64,000 nt of DNA from NCBI GenBank assembly GCA_034658815.1, contig JAYEFY010000030.1:3337-67336 (forward strand), written 5' to 3'. The notes under the pieces were generated by a model, which made no database searches, was not told the origin of the DNA, and saw nothing but the letters and a program-made list of their open reading frames with translations. Shown here piece by piece: positions 54,977 to 64,000 of the stretch. Numbering within the stretch: the first letter of the stretch is position 1; each line of letters begins with the position of its first letter. The DNA is from Patescibacteria group bacterium. Its GTDB lineage: Bacteria > Patescibacteriota > Minisyncoccia > Moranbacterales > DUUL01. The translations under genes were made by a program, and so were the position numbers.

Positions 54977-56014
54977 ATGAAATTGATTGTTAACATTCCC
55001 GCGTATAACGAAGAAGATGTCATCGCGCAGACAATAAAAAGGATCAGGGCAAGCTTTGATAATGAGTTTTACCGTTCCGGACCGGGTTCGCGCATTAAAG
55101 AAAAATTGATTCAAGTCGTTGATGACGGCTCGGTTGATAATACGGCAAAAATCGCTAAATCTGCCGGAGCGGACATTATCATTTCTTATCAGCCAAATCG
55201 CCGGCTTGCGTACGCGTTTAAACAAGCAGTAGAAAGCTCATTGAATAACACTGCTGATTTTATGGTTAATATTGACGCGGATGGCCAATTTGATCCCGAA
55301 GATATGCCTAAGTTACTTACTCCTGTGCTCGAAAAAAAAGCGGACATGGTTATCGCGAATCGTTTTGGAAAACACAAAGCGGCAAATATTCCTTGGATAA
55401 AAGATTTTTTAAATAGATTTGCGGCTCGTATGATCGGTTTTTTTCTAAATCATAAGATCGACGATCTCACTTGCGGATTCAGGGCGCACAACCAGGAAAC
55501 GCTTTTAAGGCTTAGTTTGGCTAATGTTTATTTTACCTATACTCAGGAAACAATTATTGACGCAATAGGGAAAAATTTAAAGATTCAGTGGGTTCCCGTA
55601 AAAGTGTCATATCCCAAGGATCGCCAATCAAGAATGGTAAAATCCGTATGGCAATTCGTGAATAGCTCGGGAAAAGTCATTCTTCGAGCGGTTAGAGACG
55701 TCCGTCCGCTAAAATTTTTTGGCTGGCCGGGGTTAATTCTTGTCGGTCTCGGGATCATCGGGTTCGGAATATTCTTCTATAATTATTTGCAGGAATTTAA
55801 AATTAAACCCTTTCAGAATTATATCCTTTTCTCATTTGTCTTCTTGACGCTTGGCGTTCAGCTTATTATTTTCGCGCTGATCGCTGATATGATAAAATCA
55901 AACAGGCAGCTGACAGAGGATTTTATGTACAGGGTAAAAAGATCCAAAATTGAAAAGATCAAAAATGCATCAAAAGAGGAAAGAACTTCCAAAAAAATGA
56001 GTTTTGATATATAA
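54977..56014 (+). CDS. family-2 glycosyltransferase, polyprenyl-phosphate sugar transferase-like (GtrB/DPM1-like) with C-terminal TM helices
   Basis: VNIPAYNEE, VVDDGSVDNT and DxD NIDADGQ. Confidence 0.8.
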   Translation: MKLIVNIPAYNEEDVIAQTIKRIRASFDNEFYRSGPGSRIKEKLIQVVDDGSVDNTAKIAKSAGADIIISYQPNRRLAYAFKQAVESSLNNTADFMVNIDADGQFDPEDMPKLLTPVLEKKADMVIANRFGKHKAANIPWIKDFLNRFAARMIGFFLNHKIDDLTCGFRAHNQETLLRLSLANVYFTYTQETIIDAIGKNLKIQWVPVKVSYPKDRQSRMVKSVWQFVNSSGKVILRAVRDVRPLKFFGWPGLILVGLGIIGFGIFFYNYLQEFKIKPFQNYILFSFVFLTLGVQLIIFALIADMIKSNRQLTEDFMYRVKRSKIEKIKNASKEERTSKKMSFDI

Positions 56015-56094
56015 TCATAATTGATAGCGATGAAGATTGTGTGCTTATTGTCAAGGTCGTGATTCGTAAATAAATAAAAAACTAAAATCAAAAA

Positions 56095-56325
56095 ATGAAG
56101 AAGAAAAACGGCGGAAAAGAAAAACAGATGAGCAAGCTCAGATTCCTGCTGGGATTGCTTATCGTAATAACCGGAGGTTCTTTGATGATTGATCTTCTCG
56201 GATTAAGCATAAGGAATTACACCGCGAATGTAGGTGAAGTCGTGTTGTTTCCAATGGCGATGCTGTTATTGATAACTGGAATTGGAATCGTTGCCAAAAA
56301 TTCCGAAGCGCTTGATAGGAAGTAA
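56095..56325 (+). CDS. small membrane protein (2 TM)
   Basis: ORF in an intergenic slot. Hydrophobic. Confidence 0.3.
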   Translation: MKKKNGGKEKQMSKLRFLLGLLIVITGGSLMIDLLGLSIRNYTANVGEVVLFPMAMLLLITGIGIVAKNSEALDRK

Positions 56326-56406
56326 GCTGTTAGCCAAAACGCTGTTATAAATAATTAATACGCGCTAAGTTTTACTGATCGAACGAGCTGACGTTACTTA
56401 TATTGT

Positions 56407-57510
56407 ATGAGAATATTGTTTCTATCACATTCATATCCTCCAATTGTTGGGGGTGTCGAGAATCATAATTGCAGTCTTGCGAGTCATTTGAAAGAGATTT
56501 CAGACGTAACAGTTCTTGCGAACTCAAAAGGGAAAAAAGCGCTTCCCTTTTTTTTGATCTATACTTTTGTCAGATCTTTTTTTGCTATGACGCGGCATGA
56601 TGTATGTTTGTGCGGAAGCGGCGTTTTGGCTCCTCTCTGTGCTGTTTTGAGATTTTTTCATCCCCAAAAGCGTTTCTATTGCGTTACTCATGGTCTTGAT
56701 GTTACGTATGCCGAAAGATCCGGATTTCTTCCGCTTATTTATCGAAAGATCAATATTCCTTCTTTGAAAAAGATGGACAGGATTTTCATGGTTGGAAACC
56801 CAACGGTTGAAGAGGCTGTAAAACAAGGAGTGCCGCGTGATAAGTGCGTAGTTATTCCAAACGGAGTTGATCCCGGTGAGCTTCAAGAAAAACATTCACG
56901 CGCGGAATTGGAAGGTCTTCTTAAAATTAACCTTGAAGATAAAAAGGTGATTTTGCGCTTGGGAAGATTTGTCCCGCATAAAGGGACAAGCTGGTTCATT
57001 AAAAGTGTCATGCCGCTTTTGCCGGATTCCGTTATATTTGTTGTCGCCGGCAACAGAGTTTCAGAAAATACAGCCGGCGATAAAGATGATTATCCGCTTT
57101 GCGAAAAGATTATTAAAGAAGAGAAATTAGAAAAACGCGTTCTCTTGCTTCCGTCTTTGCCCCAAAAAGATCTAAAGATCCTTCTTAATACGGTTGATCT
57201 TGTTGTTTCACCAAATATAAAAGTTCCGGGAACAATGGAAGGTTTTGGAATTAATGTTATTGAAGCGGGCGTGTGCGGAAGATTCGTTGTCGCCTCAGAT
57301 CTTGAAGGCCTGGCCGATGCGATAGAAAATGGCCAGAACGGAATTCTCATTGAACCGGAAAATGCGGAACATTGGCAGAAAAAGATCCAAGCTATTTTTG
57401 ATGCCGGGGGCGAGTTTATTGAAAAATTTGGAGACCGTGCAGCCGATTATGTAGAAAGACGCTTTAGCTGGGACAGTATCGCCAAACGATTTTTAGATCA
57501 GATGAAATAG
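56407..57510 (+). CDS. family-4 glycosyltransferase (GT-B)
   Basis: The E-x7-E region EGFGINVIEAGVCGRFVVASDLEGL. Confidence 0.8.
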   Translation: MRILFLSHSYPPIVGGVENHNCSLASHLKEISDVTVLANSKGKKALPFFLIYTFVRSFFAMTRHDVCLCGSGVLAPLCAVLRFFHPQKRFYCVTHGLDVTYAERSGFLPLIYRKINIPSLKKMDRIFMVGNPTVEEAVKQGVPRDKCVVIPNGVDPGELQEKHSRAELEGLLKINLEDKKVILRLGRFVPHKGTSWFIKSVMPLLPDSVIFVVAGNRVSENTAGDKDDYPLCEKIIKEEKLEKRVLLLPSLPQKDLKILLNTVDLVVSPNIKVPGTMEGFGINVIEAGVCGRFVVASDLEGLADAIENGQNGILIEPENAEHWQKKIQAIFDAGGEFIEKFGDRAADYVERRFSWDSIAKRFLDQMK

Positions 57511-57524
57511 TTCCCAATAATGAA

Positions 57525-59483
57525 ATGTTGATTCCACTCTTAAAGCTATATATCGCGATCTTTGTTATCCTTTTTCTACCGGGATATTTTTTTGTAATGG
57601 CGTTGTTTGGCAAAAAAAGAAGCAAGATATCACTTGTAGAGCGCTTCTTTCTATTTTTTGGATTAAGTATTACATCAATTAACGCGATTTTTTTATTTCT
57701 GAATTTTTTGGAAGTTCCTTTGAATAAATCTTCAATCTTAACATCGATAATAATTTTTTCTTTATTGTGTTTTACAATTTCAAAGCGATCTTTTCTGTTT
57801 TCCAAAAAGGCAAAACAAAAAGAAAGTACGAACAGCCTATTCTCGACCCTTAACAGCTGGTCATATCGCCATATGCTTATTTTTGTTGTTATTCTGCTAT
57901 TGGCTGTCGGTTTTAGGGCTTTCTATATTTCACAAGGCATTATGCCCAAGACAACGGATCTCGGACATCATATGTACTGGTCAAAATATATTGTGGATTT
58001 CTCCATGCTTCCCGAATACGGAATGCCGGATTTTATTATAGGCGAGCACATTATTTTTTCGGCCATATCAATTCTATCAGGCGCATCGCTTATCAGTACT
58101 ATGCCTGTTTCTGTTCTATTGATAGTAAATATATTCTCACTTTTGGCGATTTTCGTGTTAACTTATCGATTTTCTGAATTGTTATTCAATAAAAAAGATG
58201 CTAAACAGATCGCTCTCTTTTCATTGCTGATCATCGGCTGTTTTTACGCGATATCGTCTCCCCAGTCAAAATTTGTTTCCGGAGGAGTTATAGGGAATAT
58301 CATCGGGAATTTGTTCATTCCGCTTGCGATATATTCTCTTTTGCAGGCAATTAAGCGCAAAGACGTGCTTTTTGCCCAGTTATTTATTATTTTTACCGTA
58401 TCTCTTGCGTACACCCATCATCTATCGACATTTATTCTTCTTTATGTTCTGGCGGGAGTGGCGCTTGCCGGTATGGTCATTTTTTTGGCGCGAAGCAAGG
58501 GGAGATTATCGATTTTCTATTCGAACGTCCGATCCGTTTTTCTTCCATTTTTTCATTTTCACACAGTCATTACATTATCATTGGTTGCCTTGTTCGTTTT
58601 TTCAGTGCATATACCTTCTTATCTTAATGAATCAGCCATAAATACGGCTGTCGGAACTCCCATAAAAGCCACCAGAACAGGATATACCATCAATCACATC
58701 ATTGAAAAATCCGGACCGTGGAGAATGTGCTATGCAGGTATCGCCGCGATCATAATTTTAGCGCTGGTCTTTTTCAGAAAACCGGTAAAAATAGAAAGTG
58801 CTAAGAAAACATTGTGTATTGTTGGCTCCTCAGTTATTATCATGTGGGCTGTAATGATCTTTATGATGAGCTGGAAACCCGCGTTGCTACACGTTGACAT
58901 ACCTTCAAATCGTGTTGTGAACTATCTGACATACCCATTATCGATCTTAAGCGCTATTGGCGCGTTTGTTTTACTTAAAAGATCTCGGGAAAAAGTCTCT
59001 CCTTTTTTGTATTCCATTGTATTTCTTGTAATACTTGGAACCGGATTCATCTCAGCCTATGGTGATTTTTCAGATTCGGCGCGAACTTATGATAAGCAGC
59101 AAGAGAAAAAAGTCGGACAGACGTTCTTGGCATCAAAATATCTTAATAAAATTTCCAGTGCGGACGAAAATATCTTAAAAGATCATATTTACATTGAAGG
59201 AGATACTTGGATTAAATTATTTTTCATGAGAGGATATAAGTATCCTCTATCAAGATCGTTTCTCAAACGCTATGACGATCCGATAAAACCGCGCGAAACT
59301 TGTACCAGAGACATGATCGCTATTCCGGATTCCGAAACAGGAATAAAATGCTTTGAAAGCGCCAAAGTAAAATACGTGATGTTGAGCAATGGCAAGGATA
59401 CCGCGCAGTTTGAGAGATCCGCGAATTTTAACAAAATATACGCGTCAGACCATGTTGTAATTTTTCAAAGAAGATTGCCATGA
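57525..59483 (+). CDS. large polytopic membrane protein, GT-C-like (ArnT/PMT/oligosaccharyltransferase-like) candidate
   Basis: About 13 TM helices plus a C-terminal soluble domain. Sits between GT genes. Confidence 0.35.
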   Translation: MLIPLLKLYIAIFVILFLPGYFFVMALFGKKRSKISLVERFFLFFGLSITSINAIFLFLNFLEVPLNKSSILTSIIIFSLLCFTISKRSFLFSKKAKQKESTNSLFSTLNSWSYRHMLIFVVILLLAVGFRAFYISQGIMPKTTDLGHHMYWSKYIVDFSMLPEYGMPDFIIGEHIIFSAISILSGASLISTMPVSVLLIVNIFSLLAIFVLTYRFSELLFNKKDAKQIALFSLLIIGCFYAISSPQSKFVSGGVIGNIIGNLFIPLAIYSLLQAIKRKDVLFAQLFIIFTVSLAYTHHLSTFILLYVLAGVALAGMVIFLARSKGRLSIFYSNVRSVFLPFFHFHTVITLSLVALFVFSVHIPSYLNESAINTAVGTPIKATRTGYTINHIIEKSGPWRMCYAGIAAIIILALVFFRKPVKIESAKKTLCIVGSSVIIMWAVMIFMMSWKPALLHVDIPSNRVVNYLTYPLSILSAIGAFVLLKRSREKVSPFLYSIVFLVILGTGFISAYGDFSDSARTYDKQQEKKVGQTFLASKYLNKISSADENILKDHIYIEGDTWIKLFFMRGYKYPLSRSFLKRYDDPIKPRETCTRDMIAIPDSETGIKCFESAKVKYVMLSNGKDTAQFERSANFNKIYASDHVVIFQRRLP

Positions 59484-59908
59484 AAGAAAGAGTCTTGATT
59501 CTGTTAATATCTCTTATCGTAATAATCGCCGTGGGCATCTTGTTCCAATATGGCGAAAAGATCATACACGGAGATGCTGTTGAAGGATATTCAACTGTGT
59601 ATTTCAATTCTTCAAACTGCTCCGTAACGCCGGATTCGGAAAATACTGATGCTCTAAGATTCACTATTCGCAATCTTAACCAAGAGGAGCGCGTCTATAG
59701 AATTATATTTTTGATCAACAACGAAGAAATAAGAGTATCAGAACAAAATATTGGCAGTCAGGAAAGAAAATCCATTAGCCCGTCCAAAACAGTCACGCGG
59801 GAATTGCAAAATTTTGAGTTAGATGATTCATTTGAATATACGGCTGTAGTTGAATGGAACGGCTTAAGACAAATGATCTCAAAACAAATAACTGTCCGCG
59901 ATGAATAA
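59480..59908 (+). CDS. hypothetical protein with N-terminal TM anchor
   Basis: ORF overlaps the neighbouring genes by 4-8 nt. Confidence 0.3.
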   Translation: MKERVLILLISLIVIIAVGILFQYGEKIIHGDAVEGYSTVYFNSSNCSVTPDSENTDALRFTIRNLNQEERVYRIIFLINNEEIRVSEQNIGSQERKSISPSKTVTRELQNFELDDSFEYTAVVEWNGLRQMISKQITVRDE

Positions 59909-61079
59909 CCAGGACAAAAAAGACATTTTGCTTTTCACTCGCCCATTGGCTCCGCCATGGGATGAGGCGTCAAAAAATCTGGCTTTTGATATTGCCTCAA
60001 ATGCGTCCGGACCGTTCAATTTTCGTGTTCTCACTACCACTGATTACGCGAAGCATCTTCGAAGCAAGCCGGCTGACAGTCGATTGGCGCGTATTATTCC
60101 TGAACCGCTATTCAATACCACGCGCTTTAGGAGATATGAAAAATTTTTATTGGTCTCGCGAATCTTCCGTCCGCGAATAGGCGCTCATATTATTCATTTT
60201 CTTTTCACTCCCCGAAAATTTACTTCAAATCTTATCCGTACAAGACTGTGGTTTTCAAAAGTAAGAACAGTTCAAACGATCGCGACAATTTCCGATTCAA
60301 TAATTAACAATCCTGAAAGGCTTCGTAACGTTTTGTTTGCCGATTCAATCGTGGCGCAATCACGGTATACCAAAACGAAACTGGAGAAATCCGGAATGTT
60401 AAATGTTAAAATGATCTACCCCGGCATCAATATGCAAAAATTTTCTCCGGCTCCAAAGAACACGCAGCTTATGCGGCAATTCGGCATACAGCACAATGAG
60501 TTTGCGATTCTCTTCGCCGGAGAATACACCAGACTGAAAGCCATTGACGGCATTATTGACGCTTTTCAACAAGTTCTGCTTGAAAAAGATCCCAGCGAGC
60601 ATTTTAAGTTAGTTCTTGCCTGTAGGATCAAATCTCCTCAAGACAAAATAAAGAAGAAAGAAGTTATTGAAAAAGCCAAAAAGCTGGCTTGTCATAAGAA
60701 CATCGTTTTTATTGATACATTTTCGGACATGCCGGTGTTGTACAATATATCTGACATCAATATTTTTCCCGTTCAGGAAATGACAGGAAAATTTGATATA
60801 CCGCTTGTTCTTGTTGAAGCCATGGCCTGTGGAAAACCGGTCATTGTTAGTGATATTCCCGTTCTTGAAGAATTTATAGAGCATGGGAAAACCGGTTTTA
60901 TTATTCCCAAAAAAAATCCAAAACAGTTGGCTCAAAATATTCTCGCACTTTCACGAAACAGAGAAAAAGCGCATGAAATTGCCGATAATGCTTTTTATTA
61001 CGCACGAAAATATTTTAATATCGTGAATACCGTCAAAGAATACGAGAATCTTTATAAAGGGCTGTTTCCTATAAAATAA
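59901..61079 (+). CDS. family-4 glycosyltransferase (GT-B)
   Basis: VEAMACGKPVIVSDIPVLEEFIEHGKTGFII. Confidence 0.75.
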   Translation: MNNQDKKDILLFTRPLAPPWDEASKNLAFDIASNASGPFNFRVLTTTDYAKHLRSKPADSRLARIIPEPLFNTTRFRRYEKFLLVSRIFRPRIGAHIIHFLFTPRKFTSNLIRTRLWFSKVRTVQTIATISDSIINNPERLRNVLFADSIVAQSRYTKTKLEKSGMLNVKMIYPGINMQKFSPAPKNTQLMRQFGIQHNEFAILFAGEYTRLKAIDGIIDAFQQVLLEKDPSEHFKLVLACRIKSPQDKIKKKEVIEKAKKLACHKNIVFIDTFSDMPVLYNISDINIFPVQEMTGKFDIPLVLVEAMACGKPVIVSDIPVLEEFIEHGKTGFIIPKKNPKQLAQNILALSRNREKAHEIADNAFYYARKYFNIVNTVKEYENLYKGLFPIK

Positions 61080-61096
61080 TTTAAAGAATAATTCCA

Positions 61097-62593
61097 ATGC
61101 TCAAAATCGATAAAATTTCCCAATACCAGCAGTGTATTAGGCCCCGTGGTTCGCAAAAAGTGCCTGTCCGGTTTTATGTATCGGAAGACTTGATGCCGAA
61201 CTATGAAACGATCAGCCAGCTTGTTGAAGTCGCGTCCAATAAGCATGTTTTTCACCATGTAGCGGCACTCACCGATATTCATCAAAAACCGGGAAGAAAA
61301 AATCCTTCCGGATCTGTTGTGGCGACAAAAAAATATTTTCTTCCCCAGCTTATAGATACCGCGCCCAATTGCGGAATGAGGCTTATCGCAACGCCTTTTG
61401 GCGAAGGAGACCTTTCTGAAAAACAACTGGATGATCTTTTCAATGAACTGGTTGAAGTGATCCCGACAAAAACATATGTTGGCCATGGATCTCCGGTTTC
61501 CTATAAGACAGCTGTTGAAATTTCACGCCGTGGCTCCGTGGCACTGCTTGAATCGTTAAAAGAAAACACCGAGGAGACTCAAAATATTATGATGAACGGC
61601 AGTATGTTCGAGGATGAGAAGATATCGAAAGAAGACCTTTACAGCGCGATTCCCCGAATGTTCTTCCGGATCGCCCAGTTTCGCCTGGGTATTTTGGGAA
61701 TGGCGGGAAATCATTTTCTTGATCTAATGAAAATTACCGATATCATTGATGAAGGTCTGGCTTCTGAGTTTAATTTAAAAAAGAACCAGTATGTTTTTAT
61801 GATGCATACCGGATCCGGACTTTTTGGGCAATATGCCAGTTATTTCTACACCCCCAAGCAAAAGGAACATCTGAGCCAAAAAGCTATTATGGAGATCTCC
61901 CGTTTCTTCTTCCTGAACAACGAGATCGGCTGGCATAGAACTCTTGAAACGGAAATACCGAAATACAAGAACAAAAAAGAATTTTTCGCGATTGACAGTG
62001 AATCCGAGCTGGGCAGAAATTATTTCATCGCGCACCGCGCGGCCGCCAATCATGGATTCGCGAACAGAACGATGTTGCAGCACAATATTAAAAAAGCCAT
62101 CAAAAAAGTATTGAAGAAAGATAATGCCACTCGCCTGATCTATGATATGTCTCATATACTCGCCACGAAGGAAAAACACTTCGGAGAAGATATTATTGTG
62201 CATCGCAATAACGCTACACGCGCCTTCGGATCGAAAAGAATGGAAGGAACGTCTTTTGAGAGAACGGGCGAACCTGTGTTCATGCCCTCGTCAATGAGCA
62301 CGGAAGCGTATTTTGGCGTTGGAACGGACGAAAATGAATCAACATTTTTTTCGGCCGCGCACGGTACCGGTAAATCAAAGACAAAAACATCAGAGGTGCC
62401 GCAAGATAAAAAAGAATTGCTTGAAAAAATGAAGAAAAGGCAAATTCGCCTTTATAATGCCCAGTCAAAAGAGGTGATCAATCAGGATGCCTCTTCTTAT
62501 AAGGATCCTGCCATCGCTATTGAAGGAATGAGAGTCAATAAAGTCATGAAGCCGGTGGCAAAGATGATGCCTGTCGCGGTTTTAATGGCGTAA
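61097..62593 (+). CDS. rtcB: RtcB-family RNA ligase (divergent)
   Basis: RtcB blocks VAALTDIHQKPG..GSVVAT, PNCGMRL, GNHFLDL, MMHTGSGLFG and AAHGTGKS. Confidence 0.65.
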   Translation: MLKIDKISQYQQCIRPRGSQKVPVRFYVSEDLMPNYETISQLVEVASNKHVFHHVAALTDIHQKPGRKNPSGSVVATKKYFLPQLIDTAPNCGMRLIATPFGEGDLSEKQLDDLFNELVEVIPTKTYVGHGSPVSYKTAVEISRRGSVALLESLKENTEETQNIMMNGSMFEDEKISKEDLYSAIPRMFFRIAQFRLGILGMAGNHFLDLMKITDIIDEGLASEFNLKKNQYVFMMHTGSGLFGQYASYFYTPKQKEHLSQKAIMEISRFFFLNNEIGWHRTLETEIPKYKNKKEFFAIDSESELGRNYFIAHRAAANHGFANRTMLQHNIKKAIKKVLKKDNATRLIYDMSHILATKEKHFGEDIIVHRNNATRAFGSKRMEGTSFERTGEPVFMPSSMSTEAYFGVGTDENESTFFSAAHGTGKSKTKTSEVPQDKKELLEKMKKRQIRLYNAQSKEVINQDASSYKDPAIAIEGMRVNKVMKPVAKMMPVAVLMA

Positions 62594-62643
62594 ACGTGAA
62601 AATTTAATGTCAAGTATAAAAATATCTACTTAATTCTGAAGAA

Positions 62644-63333
62644 ATGAAACTTGTTTTAATTTCCGGACTGGATGGCTCAGGGAAATCAACTCAAATCGAA
62701 CTTTTGAAAAATTACTTGGAATCGCGGGGAAAGCGGGTTTTTTATTTTCACGCGGTAGAATTTTCCATTGGCAACGCTTATAAGATTTTCAGCAAAAAAC
62801 GCCGAAAACTGAAAACAGCTGATAAGAAAGCTCCAAGTATCACGAAAGAAAATCAACTGCAGATCCAACTCCGAAAAATCGCTCTGCGGATTGATATTTG
62901 GAGATTTAAAAGGTTAATGAAAAAGTTGGAAAAACAAGGTTATGATTACATTTTAAGCGACCGTTTTTTTTACGACAGCGCAATAAACATTGAATATTTG
63001 TCAAATCTCTCTCCCTTTAGAAAAGGGAGAGTTGGAGAGGGATTTTTAAACCGAGCAAGAAATATTAAATCCCCCTTAATCCCTATTTTCCAAAGAGGGA
63101 AACCGAAGATTCAAAATTCACTGTCCGTTTATCTCCAAACCTCTCCCCGAAACATAATGAACCGCGACCATGTCCCCGACCAAGGGCTGGAATATCTTGA
63201 AAAGAAAAAAGAGCTGTACGACGCTAAAACTAAAGTCTGGAACTGGAAAATCATTGACGGCAATAGATCCAAAGAAGAAATTTTTGAGGAAATGAAGCTG
63301 GTGCTGGAGCGAATCTCTGATCCGGTTCGTTAG
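62644..63333 (+). CDS. tmk: thymidylate-kinase-like nucleoside monophosphate kinase
   Basis: P-loop ISGLDGSGKSTQ, DRF(FYDS) and LSVYLQTSPRNIM. The central region is about 15 aa longer than E. coli Tmk. Confidence 0.5.
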   Translation: MKLVLISGLDGSGKSTQIELLKNYLESRGKRVFYFHAVEFSIGNAYKIFSKKRRKLKTADKKAPSITKENQLQIQLRKIALRIDIWRFKRLMKKLEKQGYDYILSDRFFYDSAINIEYLSNLSPFRKGRVGEGFLNRARNIKSPLIPIFQRGKPKIQNSLSVYLQTSPRNIMNRDHVPDQGLEYLEKKKELYDAKTKVWNWKIIDGNRSKEEIFEEMKLVLERISDPVR

Positions 63334-63558
63334 TTTCTAAATAAAGGATACGAGTTGCCCTTCAGTACGGCGGACAGGCAAACTCGGATCAGCGCGTGAA
63401 ATTTTTGAGGAGATAAAAGAAGCCACCAACCGGATTTCCGACTGGTGGCTAATTTAACACATTGAATGTTGTTCAATAATCAAAAAACGATAATTCTACC
63501 GCAGGCGGCCATAAGCGCCATTTTTTGATGACAGTCAGGCTTTTTACAGACTTTTCTG

Positions 63559-63835
63559 CTTTACCGGCGGCAACGCCGATGGCAGAAAATATATTCCCTC
63601 CCGCTTTACCGGTGGCAACGCCGATGATAGAAGCGATAATATCCTTTTCCGCTTTACCGGTGGCAACGCCGATGAAAGAAAATATATCCCCTCCCGCTTC
63701 ACCAGTGGCAACGCCGACGGCAGAAGCGATATTCTTTCCCGCTTTACCGATAGCAACGCCGATGAAAGAAAATATATTCCCTCCCGCTTTACCGGTGGCA
63801 ACGCCAATGACAGAAAATATATCTTCCCCTGCCCG
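63559..63835. repeat. tandem repeat, 6 units of 45-49 bp (ctttaccggtggcaacgccgatg + a similar variable half)
   Basis: Units read directly. The period is 15 codons. ORFs are open on both strands (+: ALPVATPMxENIxPP; -: LPPVKREGIYFLSSA). Confidence 0.7.
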
Positions 63836-63958
63836 AGTGCTAACTATCGATCCTATGGAATAGATGTTCTTTGCTTCGTTACAAAAGCTAATGAAGCAAA
63901 AAATATTGCCATTTGGAGCATTCCTCCCGATAAGAGATACTTTGCTGTCACCTATATT

Positions 63959-63987
63959 TATTACTATTATCAGTGATAATAGTAATA
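63959..63987. promoter_or_regulatory. 29-bp perfect palindrome tattactattatca-g-tgataatagtaata (operator-like)
   Basis: Read directly. 14-bp arms. AT-rich. Confidence 0.2.
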
Positions 63988-64000
63988 AAAGAAAAAGACA

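Noticed and set aside
63544-63807. Minus-strand 87-aa ORF in the tandem repeat as a gene
   Set aside because: Both strands are open because of the repeat periodicity. Strand and coding status cannot be decided from sequence alone.
63559-63835. Possible CRISPR array
   Set aside because: The variable halves are mutually similar rather than unique spacers. The period is a multiple of 3 with open reading frames. No cas genes are adjacent.

Overview
This 64 kb window is AT-rich (about one-third GC, judged by eye), densely packed with genes, and bacterial throughout. The gene content looks like a reduced-genome Candidate Phyla Radiation (Patescibacteria-like) organism; this is inference from the features that follow. 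It carries bacterial ribosomal proteins L9 and L27 and PBP1A. It has a lower-glycolysis plus ADP-forming acetyl-CoA synthetase module, an archaeal-type UMP kinase, a DUF4012 protein, and many glycosyltransferase and dTDP-rhamnose genes.

Core content: three tandem ATP-grasp ligases followed by PBP1A. Then plsC, a methyltransferase and a membrane histidine kinase. tRNA-Lys(UUU) lies on the minus strand. The next plus-strand block is eno, gpmI, a PfkB-family kinase, ADP-forming acetyl-CoA synthetase, a response regulator and recJ. tRNA-Glu(CUC) follows. The next block is trans- and cis-prenyl synthases, trxA, trxB, malic enzyme, rplI and pyrG, with rpmA on the minus strand. The minus-strand block from about 32.7 to 53.3 kb contains gltX, two NUDIX hydrolases, a WecB/TagA-family transferase, ligT, an AI-2E transporter, an M16 peptidase, rfbD, rfbB, rfbC, a DUF4012 gene and an O-antigen-ligase-like gene. 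A plus-strand envelope-glycan block from 53.5 to 61 kb has a UDP-sugar dehydrogenase, one GT2 and two GT4 transferases and a GT-C-like membrane protein. An RtcB-like ligase and a Tmk-like kinase close the window.

Accessory and unusual content:
- A low-GC islet at 27.4-30.3 kb sits between rpmA and pyrH. It encodes an SDH/ClpP-fold serine protease translationally coupled to an unknown protein, a winged-helix plus nuclease-like protein, and two small ORFs. This is the best candidate for an undescribed system.
- A family of palindromic MITE-like repeats has full copies at 31963-32155 and 38148-38256, a solo terminal repeat at 43418-43446, and a core palindrome at 34189-34233. Element ends lie 10-20 nt upstream of three start codons. 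One copy sits between two half-permease genes. The core palindrome lies inside a decayed signal peptidase I (lepB) pseudogene.
- A standalone Cas4-like nuclease with no CRISPR array or other cas genes.
- A GC-rich lone fabF with its own promoter and terminator.
- A frameshifted beta-barrel-like gene.
- A 5' remnant of a second rfbB-like gene.
- A GC-rich roughly 200 bp candidate structured RNA after PBP1A.
- A six-copy 45-49 bp tandem repeat at 63.56-63.84 kb that is not CRISPR-like.

No rRNA genes, no CRISPR array and no transposase or integrase were seen.
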